Of a stretch of 64,000 nt of DNA, positions 1-10,461 are shown piece after piece. This stretch comes from Mesotaenium endlicherianum. Lineage: Eukaryota. The stretch's first letter is position 1. Each line of letters begins with the position of its first letter. Under the pieces are notes generated by a model, which was given only the letters and a program-made list of their open reading frames with translations, did not search any database and was not told where the DNA came from. The translations under genes and the position numbers were made by a program. The stretch spans positions 124,001 through 188,000 of the forward strand of contig WELA01002708.1 in assembly GCA_009602735.1 (NCBI GenBank), in the 5' to 3' direction.

Positions 1-3000
1 ACCAGTTTCAGTTGGACGAGAGCGGTGGTAAGCGGCATCAGCGCAGGGCCTGGAAGCGGAGGACCTAATGTCAATGAACAACTCAACAATACCACGCTCC
101 TGCCCAGGACTGTTACTTATGTGTACACATTAACCGCCAATACCTATGGTTGTTCCAACAACCAAAATGTGTCTTTAACAGTAAACCCCGTTCCATCTAT
201 AGCTGCACAATCTGTTACTTCCTGTAGTGGCAACGTATTCATGATCTCTCCTTCACCTGCACCGGCAGGAACATCGTATACATGGCAGGCTCCCGTGATC
301 TCGCCTGCTGGCGCTATTACAGGAGGTGGTACCAATACCATTGGACAGAACTATATTGGGCAAGCACTTACCAACAACAGCGGAGCTTCCGCTACTGCTA
401 CTTATACGGTTACACCAAGTTCCTATGGATGTGTTGGAACAAATTTTACCGCCACTGTTACCGTAAACCCGGGTGGTTCGGTTGCAACGCTCAGCAGCAG
501 CCTTACACCACCCGATATATGTAGTAGCACATCGTTCTTTTATCATCCTACTTCAGCCGCTGCAGGCCCCAGCTTTAGCTGGACCCGCTTCGCAGTAGCG
601 GGCATCAGCCAAGCTGTAACAACAGGCAGTGGCGATATCAATGAAGTACTGACCAATACCACTTATCTGCCGGTTACTGTCAAGTACGCCATTACTACCA
701 CATCCAATGGCTGCTCCAATACACAGGATATTGCAGTTAATGTGAATCCTTCTACAGTGTTAAGCACTTCGCTTACACCGCCTGCTGTGTGTAGTAATAC
801 GGTATTCAGTTATACGCCTATGAGCCAAACAGCCAACACTGCATTTAACTGGACCAGGGCATCTGCAAATGGCATCAGCAATGCAGCGGCCAGCGGAACC
901 GGCAATCCCAATGAAACCCTGATCAACACGACCAGCAGTACCATTCAGGTTACCTACATCTATAATCTCATCACACCCAATGGTTGTACCAATAACCAAT
1001 CGGTGGTGGTGAATATCAATCCAACGCCTACACTGAGCAGTACACAAACTCCCAATGCTGTATGTAGTGGCAGCACCTTCAATTATATTCCTACTTCTGC
1101 TACGGCAGGCGCTACTTTTACCTGGAACAGAGCGGTAGTTACTTCTATCAGCAACGGAGCGGGCAATGGTACTTATAACCCGGCAGAGATACTGGTTAAT
1201 ACCAGCCTCAACCCGGTGAATGTACCTTATACCTATACCATCAGCGCCAATAACTGTTCCAGTACGGCTATTGTTACCGTTCCCATTAACCCGGTACCCA
1301 ATATTGCCAACCAAACACTGGCGGCTTGCAGCAATACTGTATTCAATCTTACACCTGTCAGTGTTCCATCCAACACCACTTATACCTGGACGGCGCCTGT
1401 GATTGCACCTGTTGGCGCAATTTCTGGCGGATCTGCACAAACAACCGGTCAGGCCAGCATCAGCCAGTTGCTCACCAACCAGACCATCAACTCCGCTACG
1501 GCTACCTATACGGTTACTCCCACTGCGGCAGGATGTACCGGCGCATCATTTACAGCCACGGTTACCCTCAACCCTGTTCCTGCTGCTGCCAACCAGTTGC
1601 TGGCAGCTATATGCAGCGGTAACGCGTTTAATTATACTCCCGCCAGCATGCCGGCAGGAACTACTTATACCTGGAGCAATCCGTTGCTGGCGCCTGCGAG
1701 CGGTTTAACAGGCGGCAGTGCACAGCCGATCAGCCAGACTTCCATCGGGCAATCGCTCAGCAGCGTCAATAATATCATGGATACGGCCACTTATACGGTA
1801 ACGCCTTCCACCAATGGATGTGCAGGTAATACCTTCACTGTTACCGTACCGGTTAAACCGGTACCGATCCTTTTCAGCATGACCGACACCATTTGTTCCG
1901 GTACGCCGTTCAGTATACTGCCTTCACCGGTACCGGCCAACACAACATACACCTGGCCCACACCGGTGGTATTTCCATTTGGTTCAGTGATCAACGGCGG
2001 CCAGCAAACCACGCCGGTGCCCACTATTTCGCAAACCCTTGTGAACACTACCGCCGCCACCGGTCAGGTTGTATATACCATTACGCCGGTAGCTACCGGC
2101 TGCACAGGCGCACCTTTTACACTAACGGCTGTAGTAGGTGTACCGCTGCCACCCATAGCCAACCAATCAACCATTATCTGTAGCGGTACCAGCTTCAATA
2201 TGACGCCGGCTACTGCGCCGCCCGGTACCACATATACCTGGAGTGTGCCGGTGGTGAGTCCCGCCGGCAGTGTATTGGGATTAAGTGCTGCTGTTACTCC
2301 ACAGACCATCATCAGTCAAACCCTTACCAACCTCATCAATGTCAACGATACCGTGGTGTATTTTGTGCGGCCTTACAATACCGGTTGCCAGGGTAATATT
2401 TTCACCGCTACTGTTCGCGTAATGCCATCACCCAAAGCCAATATCACCGGCAAAGCAGTGATCTGTGCTTATCCGCAAGACACGCTGTCTATCAGCTTTA
2501 CCGGTAACGCACCCTGGAGTTTCAACTATACCGATACCACCGGTGTATCGCGTACTGTTTCGGGTATCAAAACATCGCCCTATACCTGGATCACGCCTTC
2601 TTTGCGCAATGCTACCAGCCAGACTTTCGCCATCAGTGGTGTAAAAGAAATGGCTTGCAGCAACCTCACCGATACTTTCTATTTCTCCCAAAGGATCAAT
2701 CACCTGCCTGTTGGTAAGATCGTTTCGTTGCACGGTAATTATATCTGCAATAATATCCTGGATACCTTGTATGTTGTTTCACTGCCTTCCGATACCGTCA
2801 GTTACCAGTGGTTGCTGAACGGAGTGCCAATTACCGGAGCCACCACCGATTCCATCGGCACGCTCACACCCGGTAAGTACAATGCAAGACTCACCAACCA
2901 GTTCGGTTGCGTAGATACGGCAGCATCCAATCTGGGATTGATATTGATCAATAAACCCATCCTCAAACTCAGTTACGACTCTTATTGCATCAACAAGTTG

Positions 3001-3723
3001 ATACATTTTACCAACCTCACCGATACTACTTTCACCGGCACCGTTCAATGGTTATGGAATCTGGGTGATAGTACATCGGCCAATACCTATCATGCCACGG
3101 ATACTTATCTCACGGGAGGCGACAGGCATATACGGCTCACAGCTACCCAAGCCAACTGCGCTTCGTATAGTGTATCGCTAGATACTACCTTCACCATACA
3201 GGTACCGATTGCGGCAGTACGATTACCATCGATCAGTGCTTACAAGAGTGTACCTACTATGATCGCGGGAAGATACCTGCCAGGTTATACTTACCAGTGG
3301 AATCCTACCAGGGGCATCACTTCACCCAACAGCGACAGCACCATTTTCAACCATTCGCAAACACAGCAATACCTGGTAAATTTGATTTCTTCGGGAGGAT
3401 GTTATACACCTGATACTTTATTGGTGCGGGTCTTCGACAACAACATGGTAGATATCCTGGTTCCGCGATCTTTCACACCCAATGGCGATGGTGTCAACGA
3501 CATATTGTATTCCTATCATGCAGGGCTGAAGGAGTTTCATTATTTCAAAATATACAACCGGTACGGACAATTGATGTTTGAAACCCGTGACCCCGATGCA
3601 GGCTGGAATGGCACAGCAGGGGGAACGGCGCAGCCGATGGGTATTTATATATGGATTGCTGAAGGCCTTGCAGTAGATGGCAGCCTGGTTAGAAAAACCG
3701 GGGAAACACTTTTATTACGCTGA
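1..3723 (+). CDS. Large surface adhesin-like protein with tandem PKD-like repeats and a T9SS type B (gliding motility-associated) C-terminal domain; 5' end lies outside the window
   Basis: Repeated ~95-aa Ser/Thr-rich units (C-S-G...YTW...YTVTP...GC); C-terminal PRSFTPNGDGVND...IYNRYG...WNG...LLR motif; frame is open from the window edge. Confidence 0.88.
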   Translation, partial: TSFSWTRAVVSGISAGPGSGGPNVNEQLNNTTLLPRTVTYVYTLTANTYGCSNNQNVSLTVNPVPSIAAQSVTSCSGNVFMISPSPAPAGTSYTWQAPVISPAGAITGGGTNTIGQNYIGQALTNNSGASATATYTVTPSSYGCVGTNFTATVTVNPGGSVATLSSSLTPPDICSSTSFFYHPTSAAAGPSFSWTRFAVAGISQAVTTGSGDINEVLTNTTYLPVTVKYAITTTSNGCSNTQDIAVNVNPSTVLSTSLTPPAVCSNTVFSYTPMSQTANTAFNWTRASANGISNAAASGTGNPNETLINTTSSTIQVTYIYNLITPNGCTNNQSVVVNINPTPTLSSTQTPNAVCSGSTFNYIPTSATAGATFTWNRAVVTSISNGAGNGTYNPAEILVNTSLNPVNVPYTYTISANNCSSTAIVTVPINPVPNIANQTLAACSNTVFNLTPVSVPSNTTYTWTAPVIAPVGAISGGSAQTTGQASISQLLTNQTINSATATYTVTPTAAGCTGASFTATVTLNPVPAAANQLLAAICSGNAFNYTPASMPAGTTYTWSNPLLAPASGLTGGSAQPISQTSIGQSLSSVNNIMDTATYTVTPSTNGCAGNTFTVTVPVKPVPILFSMTDTICSGTPFSILPSPVPANTTYTWPTPVVFPFGSVINGGQQTTPVPTISQTLVNTTAATGQVVYTITPVATGCTGAPFTLTAVVGVPLPPIANQSTIICSGTSFNMTPATAPPGTTYTWSVPVVSPAGSVLGLSAAVTPQTIISQTLTNLINVNDTVVYFVRPYNTGCQGNIFTATVRVMPSPKANITGKAVICAYPQDTLSISFTGNAPWSFNYTDTTGVSRTVSGIKTSPYTWITPSLRNATSQTFAISGVKEMACSNLTDTFYFSQRINHLPVGKIVSLHGNYICNNILDTLYVVSLPSDTVSYQWLLNGVPITGATTDSIGTLTPGKYNARLTNQFGCVDTAASNLGLILINKPILKLSYDSYCINKLIHFTNLTDTTFTGTVQWLWNLGDSTSANTYHATDTYLTGGDRHIRLTATQANCASYSVSLDTTFTIQVPIAAVRLPSISAYKSVPTMIAGRYLPGYTYQWNPTRGITSPNSDSTIFNHSQTQQYLVNLISSGGCYTPDTLLVRVFDNNMVDILVPRSFTPNGDGVNDILYSYHAGLKEFHYFKIYNRYGQLMFETRDPDAGWNGTAGGTAQPMGIYIWIAEGLAVDGSLVRKTGETLLLR

Positions 3724-4754
3724 TGAAAATGACTATGATCATACTATTAAAACGATCTTTTTGTTTATTGTTATTGCTGACAATTTTCACTGGTGCATTA
3801 CAGGCGCAAGACCCTGTTTTTTCGCAGTTCTATTCATCACCGCTGAGTGTGAATCCTGCGCTGGCGGGCAATGGCAGTGCCGACTGGCGCCTCATCATCA
3901 ACCGCAGGAGCCAGTGGTTTGCCAGCGGCGTTGACCCGTTCAATACCACTTCTGTTTCTTTTGACGGTAAACTGTTCAAACAGAAAGACAAAGAAACGAA
4001 TTACATTGGCGGGGGGCTCATGTTCATGCAGGATTATGGCATGTCGGGCGCCTATAAGAACAATTCTTTTCACGGTATCCTGAGTTCGCATGTGGCCATC
4101 GATGAAAATGATTACCATGGCTTGTCGATAGGACTGGCTGCAACTTATACCAATCTCATCATCGATTATACGCAACTCAGTTTTTCGAGTCAGCTCGCTT
4201 CTTCCGGTTTCAACAGGGCGCTGCCTACCAATGAAGCGTACCTGTCTACCGTCAAACCCTATGTTTCAATGGCCGCAGGCATCACCTATACTTATACCGA
4301 TGAAAGTTCCAATTTTGATGTGGGTGTTGCAGGATACCGGTTCATGAAAACGCGCCGCTCTGCATTGAATGATTCCACGCAGCTCGATCCGCCGCATTAT
4401 AATTTTCATGCCGATTACCAGGCCTTCCTGAGCGACAGGCTGGCATTCAATGCCAATGCCGTGTACATTGTTCAGAACAGTCAGAATTTTTATTCACTGG
4501 GCGTGAACCTGGGGCATATCCTCGACGATTCGGAAACACCTACCGTTTTCAATACGGGCCTATGGTACAGGAGTAATGATGCGGTGATTCCCTACCTGGG
4601 GTTAATGTACAGGAGCTTGCAATTGGGGTTGACTTACGACGTAACCCTCTCCTCTTCCAAGAACTCACTGGGATCGATGAAAACATTCGAGTTTTCACTC
4701 ATCCTCCGTTCGCCTCAGAAAGTGGCGCATGCGATTCCTTGCCCCTGGAAATGA
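3723..4754 (+). CDS. PorP/SprF family T9SS membrane protein
   Basis: Signal peptide then QDPVFSQFYSSPLSVNPALAG...RSQW, C-terminal YD...FE motif; TGATG overlap with the upstream type-B CTD protein. Confidence 0.92.
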   Translation: MKMTMIILLKRSFCLLLLLTIFTGALQAQDPVFSQFYSSPLSVNPALAGNGSADWRLIINRRSQWFASGVDPFNTTSVSFDGKLFKQKDKETNYIGGGLMFMQDYGMSGAYKNNSFHGILSSHVAIDENDYHGLSIGLAATYTNLIIDYTQLSFSSQLASSGFNRALPTNEAYLSTVKPYVSMAAGITYTYTDESSNFDVGVAGYRFMKTRRSALNDSTQLDPPHYNFHADYQAFLSDRLAFNANAVYIVQNSQNFYSLGVNLGHILDDSETPTVFNTGLWYRSNDAVIPYLGLMYRSLQLGLTYDVTLSSSKNSLGSMKTFEFSLILRSPQKVAHAIPCPWK

Positions 4755-4757
4755 CAT

Positions 4758-5141
4758 TTAAGACTTATAATAGTCTCTTTTCGCATTTTCAATTGCTTCA
4801 TTCCTTTGATGGCGCAGTTCCCTGATGCGTGACCTTCTTTCAGGACGGCTCAGGGAATGGTTCATACGAACGGAAGCAATTTTTTGCGAATAATCATGTT
4901 CCAGGTCGGCTATTTCCTGGTCAAGTTTAGAAGCTCTCGGTGAAGGCGGATAACCATAAGGATACATATAGTATGGATACCCATACCAATACGGCGAAAA
5001 GAACGGGTCGTAATAATAATAACGATGTACAATATAAGGCCGGTAATATCCACCCCTCACATAACCATGGAACTGTGCCGAAGCTGAAGTCACTGTTACA
5101 AATGAACTCATGAGTAACAATATGATAAACAACTTTTTCAT
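4758..5141 (-). CDS. Hypothetical secreted protein with Tyr/Pro-rich middle and basic helical C-terminus
   Basis: Sec signal peptide (ASA-Q), YYYYDPFFSPYWYGYPYYMYPYGYPP segment. Confidence 0.75.
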   Translation of the reverse strand: MKKLFIILLLMSSFVTVTSASAQFHGYVRGGYYRPYIVHRYYYYDPFFSPYWYGYPYYMYPYGYPPSPRASKLDQEIADLEHDYSQKIASVRMNHSLSRPERRSRIRELRHQRNEAIENAKRDYYKS

Positions 5142-5229
5142 AACCCTGTTTTACATTGAATTAGATGCAAAAAGTGGGCAAAAGCAACAGGACGTTTCAG
5201 ATTATAACAATCCTATAACAGCGATGAAA

Positions 5230-5308
5230 CGTCATTCCGAGCGTAGCCGAGGGATCTGCTCGAATGCTCAGCAGTTCCTTCGACTCGCTTCGCTCGCTCA
5301 GGATGACG
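5230..5308. repeat. CGTC-type palindromic intergenic repeat, copy 1
   Basis: CGTCATTCCGAGCG...CCTTCGACTCGCTTCGCTCGCTCAGGATGACG; near-identical copies at 33146, 51632 and 52069. Confidence 0.92.
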
Positions 5309-5316
5309 TTTGAATA

Positions 5317-5907
5317 TCAGTCTCCCTTCTCTTGCAGGAATTTGTCGTGCAATTTCAATACCTGTGGTATCAGCAATTCCTGCTCATCGTTCAGGATCAC
5401 AAAATCGCAGAGGCGCATTTTGATCTCTTCGTTAATCTGCCTGTTCATGCGGCTGAGCACTTCCTCCCGCGAAACACCGTCTCTTTTCATCACACGGTTG
5501 ATACGCACATGGCGTGGAGCATAGACCCCGATGATATAATCAAGACCCGTAGTGGATCCTGCTTCGAAAAATAAAGCGGCTTCTTTGATGGTATAAGCAG
5601 TGGGTTGTGCATCGGCCCATTTTTCGGCTGCTGCAATGGTAACCGGGTGCACCAATGCATTGAGCTGTTCCAACCGGTAAGGATCGTTGAAGACGATATG
5701 GGCAATGTATTTTCTGTCGAGACGGTCATTATCAAAAGCGGCTGGGCCAAATAAATGAATCAGCCCTTTACGCAATGCAGGATCTTCTTCCATTAGTTTC
5801 CGGGCGGCGCTGTCGGCATCAAATACAGGAATACCCAGTATCCTGAAGATATTGGATACGGTGGTTTTCCCGCTGCCGATGCCTCCTGTTAAACCGATCC
5901 TGAGCAT
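5317..5907 (-). CDS. coaE: Dephospho-CoA kinase
   Basis: IGLTGGIGSGKTT P-loop, DAD, LDR, LNALVHP motifs. Confidence 0.96.
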   Translation of the reverse strand: MLRIGLTGGIGSGKTTVSNIFRILGIPVFDADSAARKLMEEDPALRKGLIHLFGPAAFDNDRLDRKYIAHIVFNDPYRLEQLNALVHPVTIAAAEKWADAQPTAYTIKEAALFFEAGSTTGLDYIIGVYAPRHVRINRVMKRDGVSREEVLSRMNRQINEEIKMRLCDFVILNDEQELLIPQVLKLHDKFLQEKGD

Positions 5908-5997
5908 ATTATTTCGAAGTGGGTAGAATAAAAAAACCTGGAACTGCAGGTACGATTCCAGGTCTAAATTAATGCTTGGTTGCAGTTTTTGCTACTA

Positions 5998-6339
5998 TTA
6001 TTTTTTGTCAGCTGCAGCAGCTTTGTTGATGGCAGCTGTCCATTCCATGCTGATAGAAGATTTTTCGATCTTCAGGTAACTGCCGGGGGTTACTTCCAGC
6101 TGGATGGTATTGTCTTCATTGATCTTGTTCACCGTACCGTGGATACCTGCAATGGTTACCACTTTATCGCCTTTCTGCATATTGTCGATGAACTTTTTCT
6201 GGTCTTTTGCTTTTTTCGCTTGTGGACGGATCATGAACAGCCAGAAAACAAGGATGATACCACCCATCAATACCAATTGCATCATGCCGCCGCCCTGTTG
6301 AGGGTTCGCCGCCAGTAAAACTGAATTCAGATAAAACAT
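5998..6339 (-). CDS. yajC: Preprotein translocase subunit YajC
   Basis: FMIRPQ...KGDKVVTIAGIHG motif. Confidence 0.96.
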   Translation of the reverse strand: MFYLNSVLLAANPQQGGGMMQLVLMGGIILVFWLFMIRPQAKKAKDQKKFIDNMQKGDKVVTIAGIHGTVNKINEDNTIQLEVTPGSYLKIEKSSISMEWTAAINKAAAADKK

Positions 6340-6354
6340 GTTGTTCTTTTTTTA

Positions 6355-6783
6355 TTATTCTTGAATATCGCCCGTAAAGATAAGGTCGTGATTGTAACCA
6401 TTGCGTGAATTTGTGGTAGCCAGTATACTTTTCCGAACCGTGCCCACATGCGCTTTTTTGCTATCGAAGGACCCCACCACTATGCCGGTATCGCCCGGGG
6501 CGATGGCTTGCCTGGTATAATCGGCAACCGTACAACCACAAACCGCTTTCACATCGGTGAGGTAAAGTGGCTGATGGCCGCTGTTCCTAACGCGGAAACG
6601 GATCTCGATCTGCTCTCCCATTTTGATGCTGCCGAAATTTACTACAGAATCCAGCCACTGTACCGTTGTATAATGAGCCGTATCGGCAGCGGGCTGCTGG
6701 TTCACTTTCACGGTATTATTGCAGGCCGGCAAAAAAGCCGCCACGGTTGCACAGAACAGCATACCCGTCAATATCCGTTTCAT
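6355..6783 (-). CDS. DUF1573 domain lipoprotein
   Basis: Lipobox LPAC; FG.I...F...N.G..PL...V...CGCT...IAPG motif; nusB-DUF1573-yajC-coaE order typical of Bacteroidota. Confidence 0.88.
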   Translation of the reverse strand: MKRILTGMLFCATVAAFLPACNNTVKVNQQPAADTAHYTTVQWLDSVVNFGSIKMGEQIEIRFRVRNSGHQPLYLTDVKAVCGCTVADYTRQAIAPGDTGIVVGSFDSKKAHVGTVRKSILATTNSRNGYNHDLIFTGDIQE

Positions 6784-6788
6784 AAGAC

Positions 6789-7718
6789 TTATATTTTGTT
6801 TTTGTATTGTATCTTATTGATCTTCCCGGCTTCGGTAAGTTCTTTATGGATATTATCCAGGATACCATTGACAAACTGTCCGCTTTGCGCCGTACTGTAT
6901 TCCTTGGCCAGGTCGATGTATTCGTTGATGGTTACTTTGGTAGGAATGGTTTCGAAGTAGAGCAATTCACAAACGCCCATACGCATCAAAATCATATCCA
7001 GTATGGCAATACGCTCTGCATCCCAGTTCTTCAATTTGGGGGTAATAAGACTGGTGGTATATTCTTTCTTTTCTAAAACAGTTTCCAGCAGGGTCTTCGC
7101 AAAGATCCATTTTTCTTCGCTCAGCATTTGCGAGAGATGGAAAGATGCGGGCTTTTGCAAATAACTCATCATCAGCTGGTCAATCATCTCGGCGTCATCG
7201 TCCCAGTTGTTGAATAATTCTTCCACGTGCGTGATGAAATATTCATTGGGTAACATAAGATGGGTGAAGATCAGTTTCAGGATCTCTTTTTCGCTGTTCT
7301 TGTCGCGGGAAGGCGTGGCAATATAAGTCTGGTATTGTTCGGTTCCGGTGAGGTCTTCGTATACTTTCTTCACCAGTTCCCTGTCGATCAGTTGCTGGGG
7401 CATATCTTTTTCGACTGCCTTTTTAAAAGAATCGTCTTCCAGTATCTGCCAGAGGAGCTGGTTACCGGCAATTTTGGTGTTTACATTGAGGTCGGCCTCG
7501 GTGGGCAGGTTGCGGGAAGCCCTTTTCTGGGCATTGACTTCGGCATAACGCGCCACTTCTGTCAGGAAATAAAGGAGGTAGACAAAAAGCTCCCGGCTCT
7601 TGTCGAGCTGCTTTTGCAACTCCCCTACCGGTTGTTTAAAAGCCGGCGTACCGTCTGCCGCTTCTATCATATACAGGAGCTGCATTACTTTTACCCGGAT
7701 ATTTCTTCTGCTGATCAT
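6789..7718 (-). CDS. nusB: Transcription antitermination factor NusB (long Bacteroidota form); start moved to MISRRNIR
   Basis: SRRNIRVKVMQ N-terminus; IPTKVTINEYIDLAKEYS...FVNGILD; TACCTTTG promoter box upstream of the ATG at 7718. Confidence 0.93.
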   Translation of the reverse strand: MISRRNIRVKVMQLLYMIEAADGTPAFKQPVGELQKQLDKSRELFVYLLYFLTEVARYAEVNAQKRASRNLPTEADLNVNTKIAGNQLLWQILEDDSFKKAVEKDMPQQLIDRELVKKVYEDLTGTEQYQTYIATPSRDKNSEKEILKLIFTHLMLPNEYFITHVEELFNNWDDDAEMIDQLMMSYLQKPASFHLSQMLSEEKWIFAKTLLETVLEKKEYTTSLITPKLKNWDAERIAILDMILMRMGVCELLYFETIPTKVTINEYIDLAKEYSTAQSGQFVNGILDNIHKELTEAGKINKIQYKNKI

Positions 7719-7986
7719 ATTTTCTAAGAACTCTGTTTGGGAGCGGCAAAGGTATTGTATAAATGGGGCCATGCAAAATGTAATATGTATATTTATGCCC
7801 CGGAAAATGAAAAATTGACAGGGTTAGCAAAACTTGGTGCATATTTGCGGGCGTTTCTGACAAAGGGACTTTACCGGGCACCCACAAATGAAGCCGACTG
7901 AAATTTTGGCTTAACTAATGGTGATGGCATGGAAATCGATGGGCAGAAGCATATTATTCACTCAATTATTAAAAAATCAATAACGT

Positions 7987-8268
7987 ATGGCTAAGAAACT
8001 CAACGTTACACCTTTGCACGACAGGGTAATCGTTAAGCCTGCCGCTGCCGAAGAAAAAACTGCAGGCGGTATCATCATCCCCGACACCGCTAAAGAAAAA
8101 CCCCAACGCGGTACCATCGTAGCTGCCGGAGCCGGTAAAAAAGATGACCCGATGACCGTTAAAACCGGCGACACCGTTTTATATGGTAAATATGCAGGAA
8201 CGGAAATCCAGATCGAAGGACAGGATTTGCTGATCATGCGTGAAAGCGACATCCTTGCAATTATTTAA
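7987..8268 (+). CDS. groES: Co-chaperonin GroES
   Basis: PLHDRVIV...[15 protein letters not shown]...MRESDILA. Confidence 0.99.
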   Translation: MAKKLNVTPLHDRVIVKPAAAEEKTAGGIIIPDTAKEKPQRGTIVAAGAGKKDDPMTVKTGDTVLYGKYAGTEIQIEGQDLLIMRESDILAII

Positions 8269-8274
8269 TGAAAC

Positions 8275-8343
8275 AATTCGGCAATTCGACAATGAGCCGA
8301 AATAATACATTGTCAAATTATCTAATTATCAAATTGTCAAATT
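8275..8343. repeat. AATT-octamer-periodic palindromic element, copy A
   Basis: AATT at 8275, 8283 (AATG at 8291) and at 8316, 8324, 8332, 8340; left arm AATTCGGCAATTCGACAAT shared with 36458 and 38501. Confidence 0.85.
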
Positions 8344-8351
8344 AACATAAC

Positions 8352-9986
8352 ATGGCAAAGCAGATATTCTTCGATATCGAAGCAAGGAATAAAATGAAAA
8401 AAGGCGTTGACACCCTGGCCAACGCTGTAAAAGTAACCCTGGGTCCTAAAGGCCGCAACGTGGTTATCGAGAAAAAATTCGGTGCTCCTTCCATTACTAA
8501 AGATGGTGTAACTGTAGCAAAAGAAATTGAACTGGAAGACGCCATCGAGAACATGGGCGCCCAGATGGTAAAAGAAGTAGCTTCCAAAACTGCAGATATT
8601 GCAGGTGATGGTACCACTACCGCTACTGTACTGGCCCAGTCTATCATCAGCGAAGGTTTGAAGAACGTAGCAGCAGGCGCTAACCCGATGGACCTGAAGC
8701 GCGGTATTGACAAAGCCGTTGCCAAAGTAGTGGAAAGCCTGAAAGCGCAATCACAGACTGTAGGTAACGACACCAAAAAAATTGAGCAGGTAGCTGCTAT
8801 CTCTGCCAACAGCGATATGGAAATCGGTAAGCTGATTGCCCAGGCCATGAGCAAAGTAGGTAAAGAAGGTGTGATCACTGTAGAAGAAGCAAAAGGCACC
8901 GACACTACCGTTGACGTAGTAGAAGGTATGCAGTTCGATCGTGGTTATATCTCTCCTTATTTCGTTACCAACAGCGAAAAAATGGAAGCTGAACTGCAGA
9001 ACCCCTTCATCCTGATTTACGACAAGAAGATCAGCGCCATGAAAGATATCCTCCACATCCTGGAGAAAGTAGCACAGAGTGGCCGTCCGCTGGTGATCAT
9101 CGCCGAAGATCTCGAAGGTGAAGCGCTTGCTACCCTGGTAGTGAACAAACTGCGTGGTACCATCAAAGTGGCTGCTGTTAAAGCTCCCGGCTTTGGCGAC
9201 CGCAGAAAAGAAATGCTCACCGATATCGCTATCCTCACTGCAGGTACTGTAGTAAGCGAAGAGCAAGGCTTCAAACTGGAGAACGCCGACCTCAGCTACC
9301 TGGGTCAGGCTGCTTCTATTACGATCGATAAAGACAATACTACTATCGTTGGCGGTAAAGGTAAAAAAGCCGATATCGTTGCCCGTGTAAACCAGATCAA
9401 AGCACAAATTGAAAATACTACTTCTGACTACGACCGCGAAAAACTCCAGGAACGCCTGGCTAAATTGAGTGGTGGTGTAGCTGTACTGTATGTAGGTGCT
9501 GCTACTGAAGTAGAAATGAAAGAAAAGAAAGACCGCGTAGACGACGCCCTGCACGCAACACGCGCTGCTGTTGAAGAAGGCATTGTACCGGGCGGTGGTG
9601 TGGCTTATATCCGTGCCGTAGAAGCCCTGGAAAAACTGAAAGGTGGTAACGAAGACGAGATCACCGGTATCCAGATCGTTAAACGCGCCATTGAAGAGCC
9701 CCTTCGCCAGATCGTTGCCAACAGCGGTATCGAAGGTTCCATCGTGGTACAGAAGATCAAAGAAGGAAAAGCCGATTTCGGTTTCAACGCCCGTACTGAA
9801 GTATACGAGAACCTGTTCAAAGCAGGTGTGATCGATCCTACCAAAGTAACCCGCGTAGCACTGGAAAACGCTGCTTCTATCGCTTCTATGCTGCTGACCA
9901 CTGAGTGTGTGATCGCCGACAAACCCAAGCCTGAAGCGCCGATGCCTCATGGTGCACCTGATATGGGTGGAATGGGTGGATACTAA
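8352..9986 (+). CDS. groEL: Chaperonin GroEL
   Basis: [27 protein letters not shown]-rich tail. Confidence 0.99.
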   Translation: MAKQIFFDIEARNKMKKGVDTLANAVKVTLGPKGRNVVIEKKFGAPSITKDGVTVAKEIELEDAIENMGAQMVKEVASKTADIAGDGTTTATVLAQSIISEGLKNVAAGANPMDLKRGIDKAVAKVVESLKAQSQTVGNDTKKIEQVAAISANSDMEIGKLIAQAMSKVGKEGVITVEEAKGTDTTVDVVEGMQFDRGYISPYFVTNSEKMEAELQNPFILIYDKKISAMKDILHILEKVAQSGRPLVIIAEDLEGEALATLVVNKLRGTIKVAAVKAPGFGDRRKEMLTDIAILTAGTVVSEEQGFKLENADLSYLGQAASITIDKDNTTIVGGKGKKADIVARVNQIKAQIENTTSDYDREKLQERLAKLSGGVAVLYVGAATEVEMKEKKDRVDDALHATRAAVEEGIVPGGGVAYIRAVEALEKLKGGNEDEITGIQIVKRAIEEPLRQIVANSGIEGSIVVQKIKEGKADFGFNARTEVYENLFKAGVIDPTKVTRVALENAASIASMLLTTECVIADKPKPEAPMPHGAPDMGGMGGY

Positions 9987-10005
9987 TCAATACCTCACTA
10001 TGAAT

Positions 10006-10041
10006 AAAATCCCTGTAACACAACCGTTACGGGGATTTTTA
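10006..10041 (+). terminator. Intrinsic terminator after groEL
   Basis: AAAATCCCTGTAAC-loop-GTTACGGGGATTTTT hairpin with U tract. Confidence 0.85.
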
Positions 10042-10071
10042 TTATGCACCGATTCCTCCTATATTTGTCCA

Positions 10072-10407
10072 ATGCAGCACGATGATGATTTTGTGAAGTA
10101 TTGGGCTGAAAACAGGGAGAAACAGAAAACAAGTATCCGACCCCTCCTGGTAGGCATGTCCTCCGGTTTTATGATAGGCATACTCATTTTGGTTAGTTTG
10201 TCCTCCGGCTGGTACCAGCGCGCAGAAATGGTGGCCAATGCGAGCTTCAGTTCGGTGGTATTTATCCTGGCCATTTTGTTGCTTTCTTTTTTCCTGGCGT
10301 TTTTCTACCGCAAGTTCAGGTGGGAAATGCAAGAGCAACGTTACCAGGAACTTATGGCAAAAAGAAACAGGCGGCATGCAGCCAACGGGCCTGAAAAAGG
10401 GTCTTAA
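10072..10407 (+). CDS. Hypothetical two-TM membrane protein
   Basis: ATG 4 nt after a TATATTTG box; two hydrophobic segments; the longer ORF-track start overlaps groEL and the terminator. Confidence 0.78.
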   Translation: MQHDDDFVKYWAENREKQKTSIRPLLVGMSSGFMIGILILVSLSSGWYQRAEMVANASFSSVVFILAILLLSFFLAFFYRKFRWEMQEQRYQELMAKRNRRHAANGPEKGS

Positions 10408-10461
10408 TTACAGAAACGCATTTAATTATTTGATCATAAAATAAAACTGACTGCTCTCCCA

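Noticed and set aside
5110..5313. Short ORFs sharing RHPERSRGIC...LRLASLAQDD (also 32693..33244, 51494..51700, 51627..51929)
   Set aside because: The shared peptide is simply the translation of the CGTC repeat
7800..7986. CIRCE element upstream of groES
   Set aside because: TTAGCA at about 7824 is not followed by the CTC-N9-GAGTGCTAA pattern
8751..9950. 399-aa antisense ORF over groEL
   Set aside because: Typical shadow ORF from the codon bias of a highly expressed gene; no recognisable motifs
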